DNA of 63,609 bases, filler included, from Cercozoa sp. M6MM (taxonomy: Eukaryota; Protista; Endomyxa: Ascetosporea), in the NCBI GenBank assembly GCA_040357565.1. It is 10 parts of 10 records of this genome, joined end to end, with 100 filler letters (N's around TTAATTAATTAA, not from the genome) between each part and the next. Parts side by side here need not be neighbours in the genome. Positions count along the whole stretch, not along the records: positions 49,039 to 53,226 come from JBDODJ010001209.1; positions 53,327 to 61,457 come from JBDODJ010000565.1; positions 61,558 to 63,609 come from JBDODJ010001855.1; 7 more parts are not named here. The stretch is one strand, 5' to 3'. This document shows positions 50,468 to 63,455 of this stretch, in pieces; the first letter of the stretch is position 1; every line of letters starts with the position of its first letter. Below the pieces are notes generated by a model. That model searched no databases and had not been told where the DNA came from. It saw only the letters and a program-made list of their open reading frames with translations. The position numbers were made by a program, and so were the translations under genes.

Positions 50468-50623
50468 GTAGTTGCACTGACTACAGCGTCCTGACTAGTA
50501 GCACTAGCGCTACCGCTGTCCACTGTCATGTGGACTCGTTACTTCTATGTATGATCATACGACAAAGTTAATGATATGATAGGCCGGCCTCCCAAAGAGA
50601 TTAGAGGCCAGGGGGGACTCCAG

Positions 50624-51810
50624 TCAGAGTTCGACAGGGTGCTCGCGCTTGTGCAGACGCAGCACGGCATTGAGGTGCGGCAGCTGCGGGAGCTGCTCGG
50701 CATGCAACTCGCTCTCGCACAGCTGAAAGAGATAAGAGGCTTGAAGTGGAGTAAAACGTGGAAGGAGGGTAGATTTGATAAAGGGGTAAAGGGGGAATGG
50801 GAGGGGGGCTAAAGGGGGGCTAAAAGATACCTTGCGTAGACGGAAGTGACGACGAATGGCGCGCCAAAATGCCTTCTCTTCGCCGCGTTGTTCGTAGCCG
50901 AGCCAAACCTGCAAAAGATTGATCTATGTAAGATACAAACAAAACAGTGACAGTTAACACCTCAGTCGACGGAGTGCACAGGTTGATCAACTGCTTCTGA
51001 ATGCCTGTAAAGCAACAAACTACAATAAAAACAAGTCACACAAACCAAACTAGAACAATCCACCTTCAAAGCCGAAAATCAGTGTGACAACATCGCTCGC
51101 AACCACCAGGTCGAAAGCGCCCACCAACTCACTTGGCGTACTGTACATTAGTTGATTTATCTCCCGCTACCCCTTTATCCCCTTTCCCCCCCCCCCCCCC
51201 CTTTCCCAAAAGCAGTGTTACTCAAGGTCCCAGTCGAGTTCGCGCACCGTGACGCTGCCTCGTCGCTCGGCAATTCTCGCTGCGTTCAGCTCGACGTTTC
51301 GCTCTGTTCCAAGCATCACTTACGCTAGCACTTTTGCAAGAACCGACCAAGCTACGTAGCAAGGGCAGATGCGATGCAGTATCGGTCAGCGTGACATGTG
51401 CACCCAGTGTTGCCAGTGCGATGCCTGCCGTGTCATATCTGAGATGCTAGCACGGAACCCATCGATCGAGACTCTATGCTACCGAGTGCGCCGGTTCCAC
51501 TGCCGAGTTCAAGTACGCGTTTGCCTTCAAAAGACGCGCGCGAACGCAGCAGTGCTCCGCTGAACAAAGTTCATCCTCCGTCTAGTTGCTGATTACGTCA
51601 TTCCCGATCAGCTTTACAAAATAGAGTTGGCGTGTACGTTGTGATCATCGCCGAAGCCCACAGGTGGCCACCGATTCCGGTACTTTTCGACGCCTCCAGC
51701 TGCGTAGGTACACCGACGGGCAGTCAGTCAGCGCATTTGGGAGAAACTCGGACCCTTTTTACCCACAGGTCGACACCACCAATCGCGAAGCGAAACACCC
51801 TGTCTGACAT
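50624..51810 (-). CDS. Family-16 (METTL21-like) protein-lysine methyltransferase
   Basis: GGHLWASA, GKRVLELGSGTG, VTLTD, RNVELN, RELDW, FDLVVASDVV. Confidence 0.9.
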
Positions 51811-52127
51811 TCAAATCCCCCACTAAAACAGAACTTAATCCGCTCGTGTGCCCGGCGGGCGCCGATGCGCACTAAAAATTCGCCCTCCAACAAAAATCTT
51901 TGCCAGCTTTTCCGTATTTTTGTATTTTCGTCGCTCCCGGAAAATGCGAGGTGGTGTCAAGGGCTTGGCTGTCAAGCTGGCTTGAAACGCACTGCAGGGG
52001 ATCTAAAAGCATCGGTGACATTTAGAACGATCTGGGGCTCGCCGAAACGGTGTGCACTCGGTGTGCATGCACGTGCGACAAAAGCCATAAACTGTTGCTG
52101 CAGCTTGCCGATTGAACGTTGTCTTCG

Positions 52128-53226
52128 ATGCTGAGCGGCTTACCTGTGGACGAAGAGGAGCGACACCGTTGGCACGTGGCTCAGCAAAAGTTTCTCGTGA
52201 TCCTCAAGCGACGAGATGCCGAAATCGCCCGACTTCGTGCACAAGTCAATCGCGACAGCGACAATGTCACGAATCTCCGTGTCAATGTCAAGTGCAATGA
52301 CAGTGAACGTCGCAGTCACTCTTCTTTTTCCTCGGGCGAGTCTGAAGACAGGACGAGAGATACGGAAGACTTTCAAACACAACTCAAATCTGACAAGAAA
52401 ACCCGAAATGGCGAAGCTGAAGTGCGCACGAAACCGAGCAAATCCAACTCTGAACTCCAACAATTGCGCCTTGTGGAGTCAGAACAGCGCAAACTGATTT
52501 CTACCTTAATTGATGAGGTTCGTAGATTGCAAAAGCAAGCAGAGCCAGGCGAAAACCCTGCAAGTGCCGACAAAGAAAAGGCTGAGGCAAAGAGCGAAAC
52601 AAACAGAAGGCAAGGTGAAGCGACGAAAGACGTCGACATCAAGGTGCAGCATAAGTCAATGGAGGAAGTCAGGAGCAGCCGAAGAAGTGACAGAAAGCGA
52701 CTTTCTGTTTCTGTCCCTTTGGTCGCCCGACAACGTTCACGTCGTTCCGTGTCGTCTGCAGGGACCGGAAGAAAGCGAATGCTCTCGTCGACCGCCGTGC
52801 AAGTGGGCGATCCGTACTTTCAACAACTCACGATCGAGCAATGCGAGTCGGTTGACTCTGCTACACAAACGACGCATCGAATCAAAGTGGTACCTCCTCT
52901 TGATTACGTCTGAACGAAAAGATGATAAAAGTTGCCTTTGCGCAGAGACACACAAGGTCGCCAGACAGGTCAAAGTCGGTGACAGTGGCAACAACAACGA
53001 ATCTTGACTGTGCAACTCTGGACGACGCTGCTGAAAAATTGAACGAGTATCGGCGAAGGTGCTCTGACCTTGCCACACGAGCAAATCACGAACGTGAACG
53101 AGCACGAAGCTACCGCAAACTCAATACGAAACTGGAGTCTCAAATGAAGCGACGTGACGACAAGTTTCGCAGCATGCAGGCCAGGTGCGATACGCTCAAG
53201 CACGAGCAGTCACGGACTATGAGGGA
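52128..53226 (+). CDS. Coiled-coil hypothetical protein, 3' truncated
   Basis: Long open exons rich in E/K/R/S with heptad-like stretches. Confidence 0.55.
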
Positions 53227-53344
53227 NNNNNNNNNNNNNNNNNNNNNNNNNNNNNNNNNNNNNNNNNNNNTTAATTAATTAANNNNNNNNNNNNNNNNNN
53301 NNNNNNNNNNNNNNNNNNNNNNNNNNCCCCCCCCCCCCCCGGGC

Positions 53345-54751
53345 AGGTCGGTCGTGCGGCTCGCAGTCGCCGGTGTTCGAATCCGGCTTCACGGACGGTC
53401 TGGTGGACTTCTCGCCCGACCGTACTTTTCTGGTCCATTTGGACACACACACATATGGTCCAGTTTGGACACAGTGATGTCCGTTTGTACGAATTATGTA
53501 CTGACATACGAGTAGCCGCGGTTAATGCCAAACGCGTTTGTGCTGTTCGGGTCGACTACGATCCTGCCATCTGGTAGCTTNNNNNNNNNNNNNNNNNNNN
53601 NNNNNNNNNNNNNNNNNNNNNNNNNNNNNNNNNNNNNNNNNNNNNNNNNNNNNNNNNNNNNNNNNNNNNNNNNNNNNNNNTGTTTACCCCCCCCCCCCAA
53701 CAGCAAGAAGGTTGGTTCCTTCCTGCCCCGTATGGTCGACACAGGTACCACTGGACAAGTGTGTTGTGTCCGCGCGGATACCTGCCATACGAACAGACAT
53801 GTCGGTCGACTGGCAGTGGAAGTCCTCGCACAGTGCGCCGATTCTCAACGCTGTCGTCACTGGTATTTTCTCTTGGGGGGGGGGGGGGGGGGTAAAAAGG
53901 GGGGTAAAGAGGGGGGTAAACCTGCTCCTGTGCGCAGCCAGCAACCTGCTGCTGTGGATGAAAAAACGAGATTGTTTGTCTGCCGCGCAAGTCACTCCGT
54001 CACGTCTGCCAGCAGCTGCAAATTCAATCAATCACGATTTCGACGTGGATGCCGCCGCCGCCGAGATGCGTTTTTTCGCACTTTTGCAGAAACGCGATCC
54101 GACGGTTCTGCGCCGTTTGAGACTCGTTTTGGACGTAAAATTAACTCTTTTTTCTGCTTTCAAAGTTTACTTCATCGTTTTGTGATTGTTTTGGAGAAAC
54201 GCTGCTCTCGGAAGTAAAGATTTTAAAGTGTTGTTTGCGTTGTTTTGATCGTTTGGGATCGCGTTCGATCGTTTTGGAGAAACGCTGTTCTCGAGAGTTT
54301 TAATTTGGCTGCAGTTGAAGCTGCGCGACTTCAAAATCAGCGCGAAATTGTTCGGCGGCACTGTTTGCGACGGGCAGAGCGAGGTGGCTGTTTTATACCC
54401 CCCAGCCCCTACCTTAACCCCCCCCCCCCCCCCCCTGCAGAGCTACACAGTGTCGGTGGTGCTGGACGTGTCGTACAAATTGCTGCCGCGACCGCGAGCG
54501 CAGTCGTGTGATTTCGAGTTCGTCCAGGCCGACGACTTTTTGCGCACAGGCACCTGCAACGGTACATCTGTACATTTAAGAGGGCACAGCTGTCGCAGCC
54601 TTAATAAGTATCAAGGATGTGTGAGATAGGTCGCAACGAGGACCTGGAGCACTGGCTACTGCGCACGCTGCAGCGACTCGCCGTGCGGCACGATGTCTGT
54701 ATGCGCGCGCTGGACCGCCTGATGGCCCACGCGTACGATGAGGCCTACTAA
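53345..54751 (+). CDS. Hypothetical multi-exon protein, 5' truncated
   Basis: Exons join via GT-AG and end ..LDRLMAHAYDEAY*; family unknown. Confidence 0.45.
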
Positions 54752-54917
54752 CCTAGCCTGGCCCCCATGACTACAGTACTACAGTCAACTGGTCCAGTTT
54801 TGCATCAGTACAGCAATTAAACTGCCTCTTGTTCTAACCCGTTTGTTCTAACCGACCAACTGCCACAGTGCATTCCAAGAAATCGTGTCGGTTGAAAATC
54901 CGCGTGATTTAGGTTAG

Positions 54918-57900
54918 TTAGAGATCTTCGTGGTCGAACTCGGCGTCGATATCGTCGCTCTGTGGGATAAAGGGGGTACGGGAGTACGGGGGGGGGGGGT
55001 AAAGTAGGTAGTGAAAGGGATACCGGAGCCACGTCTTGCTCCGGATCGCGGATCGTGATAAGCATGCGACCGATGCGGTCCAGCACGTCCTGAGGGGGGA
55101 GGGGTAAAGGGGTAACGGGAGGGGGGGTAAAACACGCAGCGTACAAACACAGGTCCAGTGACGGGATGCGTGAAGTTCCAGAACATGTCGATGTAGGGCT
55201 GCACGTAGTCCTGGCCCCTGTGTTTCACATGAAGTAAAGGAGGTACAGAGGGTGGAAGTAAAGGAGGTTGTACCACGAGGTCGACAGGAAGACGAGCCAC
55301 GCAAAGTACAGAATGAACAGACTAATCACGAACTCCGTCGTCGACTCGGCGCCGAGGTACCACCTGCCGGGTAGAAGTAAAGAGGGTACAGGAGTAAGGG
55401 GGTGAAGTACCACGGCATCTCCTCCTGCTCGTCCTCCATCTTTTGGATTTGCGCAATGTCCTATGGGGGGGGGGGGGNNNNNNNNNNNNNNNNNNNNNNN
55501 NNNNNNNNNNNNNNNNNNNNNNNNNNNNNNNNNNNNNNNNNNNNNNNNNNNNNNNNNNNNNNNNNNNNNNNNNNNNNAAAAAAGCCTACCTGTTCCAGCA
55601 TTTCCGCCAACGGATTCGCCAGCGGCTCGCTGCGCTCCTCCTTGACCTACAAACAGTTAAGGGTTGGGTAGGGGTAATGGGGGGGGGGGTAGGCACCTCA
55701 AAGGCGACAATGAAGCGCTCGTCCGAGGCGAGGTACGAGTCGCTCACCAGGTGCACCTCGTACACGTGCTTGCCCTTCTCGCGGATCGGCACCTGCAGGG
55801 AGGCAGGGGGTAGGGTAAGGGAATACAGGTGGGGATGAGGGGTATACCTGCCAGCGCAAGTCCTTGCTCTCACTGAGCGAGGTGAGTTTCTCCATGGCGA
55901 TCAGACGGCCCGAACGCTGCTCGATCAGCAGTGCGTACCAACCCTCGGGCTGCTCGAACGGCCAGTACGACGACACCGCCATCGGCTGGCCCACACCCCG
56001 GGGGGGGGGGGGTGCGTTAAGGTAGCCGTCCGGGGGGGGGGGGTAAGTTACCTTGTGTCGCAGGTGCGCCAGATCGTCTGTCTGCTCTGCGTTCGCGTCC
56101 TTCTGCGGAAGGAGGGGGGTAAAGGGATAACGGGGTTAAAAAGCAACGGTCACCTTGGCCTGCTGCGCGTCACGCCATGCCTTGACGTCGAAGGTGGCCT
56201 CGCCCGAGTGTGCCAGTCGGTCCACCTGTAGCCACACATGGACGGTCCATTTGGACACAAGAACACTGTTAACAACTCAGTACCGTCAGAGCAAACGTCG
56301 CCACATCGCCAACAACGATCTCCTTGCTGCCCTTGACCTGAGTTGCCGAGCTGAGGTAATAGGGGTGGGGGGGGGGGGGGGGAAGGAGAGTAAAAGCCTA
56401 CAGTAACATCGACTTGCGACGGCAGCATGTCCGGCCAGCAGTTCAGCACTTCCTCCTGTCGAGGGAAGTGGGTAAGGGGGTGACAGGAGAGGGGGGTAAA
56501 CTAGAGTACAATTTCAGCAAAGTGCTCAGCCGACACGCCCGTGTCCTCACCTTCCTCCTATACCAAGGGGAGTAAAGAGGGGTGTAAGGGGGTAAAACTC
56601 CCACCTACCTCACAGAGCAGCCTGCGGCGCGTTTCCGAATCGAGTCGCGCCAGCGTACGCGGTGTCGCGATCTCTGAAAAGTTGGGTTAAAATGGCAAAG
56701 GGGGATAAAGGGGGAGGGTAAGACTACTCCTCTGGTGCAGCGCCTGCATGCGCGACGGGTACTTGTGCATGTGCGGCAGCTGCGCCAGCGGCGACAGGCC
56801 GATCCACAGCGCCTGCGTCAGGAACTGCGACAGTCCGAAGCCTGTCCCGAAGGGGGGGTAGAGGGGGGGTTAAGATATGGGTAAACATCACCCTACCAGC
56901 AAAGAGCGCATGCATGTTGGTGCGAGTGACACACGTGGCACGGAACTCCTCCAGCAGACGGTGCGTCTCCTCCAGCACGTACAACTGCTGAGCGCGCAGC
57001 TGCACCGACTTCAAAGGGCCTAAGCACATGGGGGAGGCGTAAGGGGTAATGGGATGGGGGAGGGGTAAGGGGTAATGGGATGGGGGAGGGGTAAGGGGTA
57101 ATGGGAAGGGGGTATAAGTGCAGGCTACGACGCAGCAGATGCGAGTGCAGCAGTAGCCAGGCACGCTTGGCATAGTCGAGTTCTAGCTTCATCGGCATCA
57201 CCGGCGGACGAATGTTCGGCAGCAGCTTGTCCAGCTCCTCGAGTTCCTGTGCGCCCTGCGCGTCCAGCGGCATCAGGTGCAGCTGCTTGAACTCCCACGA
57301 ACCCGAGATCACATCGATCAAACGGCGCACCGGCACCTCGCCTTCGCCCAGTGCGTGGAAGTACCACTGCAGCGTGTCCTGCCATTCGCGGGGATTGGGG
57401 TATAAATATGGTGGGTATAAAATAGGGCGGGTATAAAATAGGGAGGGTATAAAATAGGACGGGTGCACGGGGGAGATAAATTACCTGATGCACGCCATTG
57501 TGGAACTGCGAAGAACGGCGCCACCAGGCCGCAAAGATTCCGGCCAGCAGCAGGATGCTCGACATGTAGGCACCGAGCACGTAGAGCTGGTTGTCCTTGT
57601 GCAGCAGGAACGACGGCATACCGATCGTGTAGGATGCGCCCTGGAAGCCGTCCGGGTTGCCATACTTTTCGTAGTTCTCACGAGTGGCATCCTGCACCAT
57701 CAGTTCGTCAATTCGTCAGTTCATCATTGATACACAACAGAACTGTACATCAGTCAGCGTCTCCTTGGCCTTGTTGAGCAGCATAAACTTCTGCGCCACC
57801 TCGGCGTTGTCGCGGTTCTTGGGCACATCCTGTCCACCAAATAACCAAACTCACTCAAGAATTCATGAATTAGAAATTGCATTCTTTGAGGATTCAGAGA

Positions 57901-58794
57901 AATTGTATTCTTTGAGCAGTTTACCGGGTGCCACTCGCGCGACAGCTTGCGGAACTGACGCTTGATGTCTTCGATGCTCGCCTACAGAAGAAAGCAAGTC
58001 TGCGTGGCAAAAAACGGCTAAGAACAAATTTACATCCTTGGACAGATCGAGGATTTCGTAAGGATCGAAACGAGCGAGGTTTTTGGCCGTGAAACGCGGA
58101 ACTTGCCACAGCAGCAGCACAAACACCACCCTGCGACACACCAGTTTTGCTGAGCAGCGTCTAAGAGTTGTCAGCTCACTTCACGTACCAGATCAGGCCG
58201 AAAGCCACTCGCGAAACAGTGATTCCTGTCACAAATGGACAAACTGTGACGTCAAGATCAAAGCATCCGCGCGGAAGCAAAACTCACCGCCCTTACGACT
58301 CTTTTGAGCAGATTTGGTGGTTGTGTCCTACAATTCGGTCAGTTGGTAACTCAATGGCACCAGGAACACACATAACAGAGATAAAGGAAAATCACGTTGT
58401 TGGGACGGAACTTGGCGGCAACAGCAACGGTCGGAGAGGTCTCCTTGTGCGACACCAGCGACGAAAGCACTCGCTACGGAAAGCGTTCATTCCGTGGAAG
58501 CACAAAGCACAGACAGGAAAGCAGACTGCTTACATTAAGCAGTGGCTGCAGCAGGTGCCACAACGTGCGCGGCACAACGATCAGGCCCATCACCGTCAGG
58601 ATAAACCAAAAGAAGGCCACCTGCAACAAAAGCAAACGTAAAACTCAAAACGCAAGCATCGGCAATCTCCAAAACAGAAGCACGAACGAAATTCACGCGA
58701 AGCAGATCGAAACAAAAGAGCGACCCGCGGATTAATTTTGATAGAAGCAACAACGCACATCATCGTAGACCTCATAGTTAAGCAGCGGCGACAT
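54918..58794 (-). CDS. SEC63: Translocon subunit Sec63 with C-terminal extension
   Basis: YDD|VAFFWFILT, J domain FDPYEIL..FRKLSREWHP|D..AKETLTD..NYEKYGNPDG, IGMPSFL, QLPH, EGWYALL, LVSDSYL; one 100-N gap inside. Confidence 0.93.
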
Positions 58795-59237
58795 CTCGCC
58801 CGGCTTTGTAACACGTGTGTGGCTTTCCCAAGAGAGAAGAAAACGCCTTGAACTGTTCTTCTCAAGCACTGGGAGGCTCTAGGTTATGCCCTAACAAACG
58901 TGAGCACACACAGTGGCGAGGAGAGACACCAAGTGGCAAAAACCCACAACTCGGCTGGCTACTCACGCACGAGTCAAGCTTTTGACGATCTATGCAAGTG
59001 TCCGGAGGTGTGCGACTCCTGTATCGTAACCTTAGAGCACGCCAAGAACACGTTTAATGCACGCTCCCCCAATTAAAGCAATTTTCGTATTTTTGTGGCG
59101 CGAAATGCGAAAAAGCGAGTGACATGCGCACGGGTAAAAACCCCGAAACCGCGTTTCTGCGCGTGCACAGTTCCTTGCGCACTAACAAAAGGTGTGCGAT
59201 AGTGATTCTAGAACTTGCGCTGCCGGGCTAAGGAGAA

Positions 59238-60176
59238 ATGAAAGTGCTGCTTACGGCATTGGTGCCCTTGGGTACGTGTGCAGTCAGATGAGGGTTCGCG
59301 TGCACGCGTCAACTGTAACTGTGGAGTGTTTTGACCTCAGTGTGGCTTCACTGTGGTCTGGTGAGGGCCGATGTTGAGACTGCGATGGCTCCCGATGATA
59401 CCCTTGTATCATGCGATCACTTTGACCCAACTTGTCTGTGTTGTTGTTGTATGTTTGTTTGCACAGGAGTGCCAGACTCGAGGAGCAGAGGCTTTACGCA
59501 CCTTAGAGGAAAGCCACCTGTGGGCTGCCTACGAAGCACATGTTCTCTTTTCTTTTCTCCTGGACTAGCTCTTGTTTTCGAAAATTTTTTGTGTTTCAGA
59601 TCACGCGTTTAAACCTGGAGTGCACGGCCGACTGCCGCGACCACCTGAAGAAAATGTTGCTGCACGAACAAAAGGAAAACCAAAAACACCGCGACACTCG
59701 AAAATTCACTTCCGTTTCCGTATCATTCATAGAGTTCAACCATTTGATTGGTTTTCCAAGCAGTTTCCTTGTGGTTTTTGTGCACAGTCGGACGTTGGCG
59801 TAGTCTTGAAAAATAGCGTTCAAGAGCGAGAATTGGACGCGCTGCACGGAGTTCCTCATATTGCTCTCAACGAGGTAAAACTTCAGGTTTTCTCTTCTCT
59901 GTCTTTAATTTTAGAGTTGAATGATATGGTTTGTTGCAGCTTGATGCTGGTTTGACCCCCGTCCTTCCGCCACTCCTGCTCCAACTGCAACAAGAACATG
60001 AGGAGGAGGAAGACGACTTCGGCTTTGACGGCAAGCGAAAGAAACAGAAGAAACAGAAAATTGAGTCTGTCTCAGTTCGACACACCAAATGCACGGCGTC
60101 CTTGGCGAACAGTGCTAGTGCTAATAGCGAGTTCCGTCACGCTGTCTGTCCGTCTGTCAGTGTCCCGTGTATTTGA
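59238..60176 (+). CDS. Hypothetical protein with acidic/basic C-terminal patch
   Basis: Exons join via GT-AG; EEEEDDFGFDGKRKKQKKQK. Confidence 0.4.
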
Positions 60177-60290
60177 AACGAAATGGAAGATTCAGTTCGG
60201 TTTTTAGTTTTTAGGAAAAATGCAAAAATTCAAGCCATTTTGCAAACTAAGCACAGTAAAACAGTCCAAGCGTGCAAATTGGGCTCTGAG

Positions 60291-61140
60291 ATGGTGCTAC
60301 TGCACGTGAAAGGTACAGAGCCGCGGCAGCAGTTCATTGTGGAGGCTGCATTGCACCAGTCGGTGGACGAAGTAACTCACGAGTGCTGCAAGCTGTTCAA
60401 CCTGCGTGAGAAGCTGCACAAAAAGACGCAGTCGCTGGACGATCCGCGGTTGGGTGGGTTTTCGTTTCCTCCAGACTTGAATTTTCGCTTTCACATTTCG
60501 CTTGCTTTCGCAGAAGGGCTTCGTGGCTTGCTCGACGAGTCACGTGCCGAGCGACGCGAGTCGCTGTCTTTGCAGGAACTCGCAGAGGCCGCGAGCAAGA
60601 TCAGTGATCTTACAGACGTCGAAGCTGATGTCGACGTTTCTGTTTGCACAGAAGAATGCAAAGAACACGAAGAACTCAAAGACGAAAGCTTCGTTGAGTT
60701 AAATGACGGCGAAAAAAGCCTGGAGGAAGCGAAAGTGGTGGTTTCTCCCGAAACGCACGATATGTGGTTCAGCAGCAAGAGACTCGTGCAGGGCAAAGCT
60801 TTCTCCCTGCGCAAGTACCTCGGCAACAACGAAAACTCGCGCTTCATTGTGAAGTTCGCGCGCAAGGGACAAGGCCGGCCCACCAACGAGGCGCCGGTGG
60901 ACGAGTCCACGCGACGCAAGATGATGGCACGCTACATGCGACGAAAGCAGGAGTTCGAGCGAATGGAGCGGTAGCATTGATCAGTCTTTAACTCAAATCT
61001 AAATTGTAGTGTTAACCCCGATCTTGTTCTCCAGTGAAGCAGACATAGACGACGACGACGTCTTCTACAGCCGCGAGTGGGCCGACCCGCGTCGCATGCA
61101 GCGAAGACTTCAAGGTGTCGGCGAGATCAAGTTTCGTTAA
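60291..61140 (+). CDS. CFAP298: Cilia- and flagella-associated protein 298 (C21orf59/Kurly)
   Basis: MVLLHVK..QF, MWFSSKRL, YLGNNENSRFIVK..KGQGRP..E, MMARYMRRKQE, SREWADP..LQGVGEIKFR*. Confidence 0.88.
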
Positions 61141-61366
61141 CACTGGCACCGTTTCCGCCCTGACTCGACTGATACTACAGTATCCAGTATATATTTGAGG
61201 AATTATGAGAGTAAATCCAGTCGTAAATTTTACCAGTCCAGGTCGTTCAATTTTTTGAGTTTAATTTAAACTGGTCCGGGAGTACCGTGACTGGACTGTA
61301 GACGTGGGATTCAATTGGATTCAATACCAGTACTAGTGGTCCTTCCCTATGGCGGCTACTGTTCTG

Positions 61367-61457
<91 letters not shown>

Positions 61458-61589
61458 NNNNNNNNNNNNNNNNNNNNNNNNNNNNNNNNNNNNNNNNNNN
61501 NTTAATTAATTAANNNNNNNNNNNNNNNNNNNNNNNNNNNNNNNNNNNNNNNNNNNNTAAAGGGGAGGGTAAAGAAGAGGCCTAAACTA

Positions 61590-63455
61590 CGTCCACATAG
61601 GCGTGCAGTCCAGGTGCCTCGGCAAATTCGAGACCGCGTCCCAGCAGCACCACAAAGTCCTCGTCGACAGCGGTATCGACGGGACACTTCGACACCGTCA
61701 GACAGTGCACTTGCGAGCCGTCGCCCAGACTAAGGCGAGTAGGGGTAAGTAGGGGGTCAACAGGGGTATAAACTTACGGAGCGGAACACGGCATTATCGT
61801 GGCATCGTTGACACACGTGCTTGCCTCCGTGTTGCCCTAGGGGTAAAGAGGGTATAAAGGAGAGGTGGGGGGGGGGTAAAACTACATTGCGTGCCGCATT
61901 GACAAAGAAGGGCAGATTCTGCAGCGCCGCCTCCGAGTCCAACGCAACACCGCCGACGTTCTTCTGCGTCGGCCACGCCTTGAACGAACGCGACTACGGG
62001 GGGGGGGGGAAAGGGGGGGAACAGGGGGCTAAACAGGGGGTAAAGGGGGAGGGGGTAAGCAGGGGGCATACCACCAGATTGAATGAACTTGGAGTGTTCA
62101 ACGTCATCGACAGAAACAACAGATCCGTTTGCGGCGACACCATGGTCGTCACGCTGCAAACATGCCCTCCTTTTTACCTCCATATCCCATACACCCCTAT
62201 GCCCTACCTCCCTATACAATTAGACCTACATTGTGAACTCGAACAGCAAGCGTCGCTTCTCCTGTAAAATGAGAAGGATAAAAGGAGGAGGTAAAGAGGG
62301 GGGTAAAAAAATGCACCGGATCCTCGCAGTCCACACACAACGCCGATCGCGAGGCCTAGGAAATAGAGGGAGGGTAAAGAGGGTACAAGAAGGAAGGGTT
62401 AAAGAGGGGTAAAACCGTGGCAGCAGTGACCAATGGATCCGTAGAACCGAGATTGAACGACATTGTCAGCCATGAGTGGTGCTGATGGCAACAGGGGGTA
62501 GAGTAGGGGGGCAAGGGAAAATAGGGGGAGGGGGTAAACAGAGTACAAAAGCATCAGTACAAGCGAACGCGCACGCAGTTCAATGGCCAGACGAGGCACA
62601 GGAGGACTACCCGGAGGGGTATACGTAAAAGAGGGGTGGGGGGAGAGGTAAAAACGCACATCCACTGATTGTTATCGCTAAAGTCGAATGGCAACACCGC
62701 CAGAACACTCGTGTCCTTGGCGTCTATACTCAGAGGGTAGAAGGGAGGCGGTAAAAGGGGATCAGCTATAAGGGGTAAAGCGCAGTACTCTCGTGCGACA
62801 GTGCAACCAATCGGTACTCACTGTCCACCTGTCCAAACACACAGTACAGATGTACAAGACAACATAAACACACAGCTAAGTTAGTTAGAGTCTGATGGCT
62901 ACCAGATAGCCCAACTGCAGTGCCGACATGACGCCACAGTTGTGCACTTGCGTCGCCAACTGCACCAGGGGAGAGGGGTTAAAAGGGGGTAAAGATGGTC
63001 TCAAGATCAGGGAATAAAATGGATGTATGAGGGGGAGGAGAGTAAAATGTCTACCGTAAGACCAATCGTTTTTGACTTTGGTGACGGCACATTCGACGTC
63101 GAGAATGTCACCGTGTTCCCCAGACTACAGATGGTGATAGAAGAGGGGGTAAAAGGGGGTTCGTGGGGAGGGGCAGGGTAAACTACATGTCCGACGTCTC
63201 CAGCGACGACAAATGCCAATTGTACTGGGGGGGGGGTAAAACAGGGATAACGAGATACAGGGTCATGGAGGGGCAAGGAAAGTTACTGTCTGGTCCGTCA
63301 ACAGGATGGCGTTTCTGCGTTTACATGGAGACAACGGAGAGTAAAAGGGGGACAAAGGGGGTAAAGGGGGTAAAAGGAGGAGGGTAAAGCACTACCGCAG
63401 CGGAATGGCGTGCTGCAACGTCAGCGTGATGTTGTTCTCGTTGCTCTCAAAGTAC
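61590..63455 (-). CDS. Hypothetical multi-exon protein truncated at both ends, with C-rich introns
   Basis: Short exons (e.g. SRSFKAWPTQKNVGGVALD, LGDGSQVHCLTVSKC) alternate with GGGGTAAA-rich introns. Confidence 0.55.

Noticed and set aside
53364-53390. tRNA T-arm-like GCCGG..TTCGAATCCGGC
   Set aside because: No D arm, anticodon arm or acceptor stem, and it lies in an apparent exon.
58876-59039. Possible small MITE (GCTCTAGGTTA / TAACCTTAGAGC)
   Set aside because: Only about 11 bp with a gap, no TSD and no second copy.
373-61140. Non-standard genetic code or non-canonical introns
   Set aside because: TAA, TAG and TGA all end conserved genes, and the introns traced in recognisable genes could be resolved as GT-AG.
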